Positions 63,311 through 64,000 of a stretch of DNA of 64,000 bases are shown one piece after another. Made by a program: the position numbers and the translations under genes. Within the stretch, counting starts at the first letter, position 1, and each line of letters begins with the position of its first letter. The DNA comes from Terriglobia bacterium (GTDB taxonomy: Bacteria; Acidobacteriota; Terriglobia; JAJPHL01; JAPKYU01), in contig CBDCVK010000002.1 of assembly GCA_965223005.1 (NCBI GenBank), positions 288,001 through 352,000 on the forward strand, in the 5' to 3' direction. The notes beneath the pieces were generated by a model, which worked only from the letters and a program-made list of their open reading frames with translations, had not been told where the DNA came from and did no database searches.

Positions 63311-64000
63311 ATGATTACTCGCTACACACGGCCAGCGATGGGCCGCATCTGGAGTGACGAGAACCGCTTGCGCCGCTGGCTGGACGTGGAGCTGGCCACG
63401 GCGGAAGTCGAAGCCGAGGCCGGCTTGATCCCGGCCGAAGCCGCTCGCATTCTGCGCAAGAAGGCGCGCTTCGATGTGGCCCGCATTGCTGAAATCGAGC
63501 GCGAGGTGAAGCACGACGTGGTCGCTTTCACCACCGCGGTGGCCGAGTCGCTGGACGGCGAACCGGGGAACGTGTCGCGCTACCTGCATTACGGGCTTAC
63601 TTCCTACGACGTGGTAGATACGGCGCTTGGGCTGCAGTTCTCGGAGGCTTCGGCCCTGCTGCGGGAGGGCCTCGAGCGGCTGGGCGCAGTGCTGGAGCGC
63701 CGCGCGCACGAGTTCCGCCACACCGTAATGGTGGGACGCACTCATGGCGTGCACGCCGAGCCCACCACTTTTGGCCTGAAGCTGGCCGTCTGGTTTACCG
63801 AAAACCGCCGCAATCTGGCGCGCCTAGAAGCCGCCGCCGAGCAGATGCGGGTGGGCAAGCTGTCGGGCGCCGTCGGCACCTTCGCGCACCTGGGTCCGGA
63901 GATCGAAGAGAAGGTGTGCGCGCGCCTGGGGTTGAAGGCGGCTGAAGTTTCCAGCCAGATCCTGCAGCGCGACCGCCACGCCTACTACATGACAACGCTG
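63311..64000 (+). CDS. purB: Adenylosuccinate lyase (5' part)
   Basis: MITRYTRPAMGRIWS, KHDVVAF, HYGLTSYD, GRTHGVHAEPTT, SGAVG; truncated by window edge. Confidence 0.95.
   Translation, partial: MITRYTRPAMGRIWSDENRLRRWLDVELATAEVEAEAGLIPAEAARILRKKARFDVARIAEIEREVKHDVVAFTTAVAESLDGEPGNVSRYLHYGLTSYDVVDTALGLQFSEASALLREGLERLGAVLERRAHEFRHTVMVGRTHGVHAEPTTFGLKLAVWFTENRRNLARLEAAAEQMRVGKLSGAVGTFAHLGPEIEEKVCARLGLKAAEVSSQILQRDRHAYYMTTL

Overview
Mostly core, GC-rich chromosome, most likely from an Acidobacteriota genome (inferred from the TIGR03437-type protein, bshB1, and the HU and EF-P sequence types). About 50 CDS, including recO-glyQS-ppdK, gntK-tal-pgl-kdsC, sod, guaB, hfq-hflX, pgsA, aroDE-trpEG, trpD, sucCD-ndk-xseA, efp, sixA, atoE, mutS2, selB and partial purB. 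The first ~3.2 kb is a decayed integration hotspot at a tRNA-Ala(GGC): a 55-bp att-like duplication brackets a 1,750-bp islet (HU/IHF gene, EthD gene, IHF-consensus site, serine-recombinase remnant), and a tyrosine-integrase remnant lies on the other side of the tRNA. Best leads: (1) an EF-P with Asn at the normally modified loop tip, upstream of an uncharacterised deoxyhypusine-synthase-like-fold gene coupled to an alkaline-phosphatase-superfamily gene; (2) an unannotated ~205-nt rod-shaped ncRNA (6S candidate); (3) recurrent 15-bp tandem duplications, some inside essential genes; (4) periodic 7/8/9-mer intergenic repeats. All calls come from reading the sequence by eye; no searches were run.
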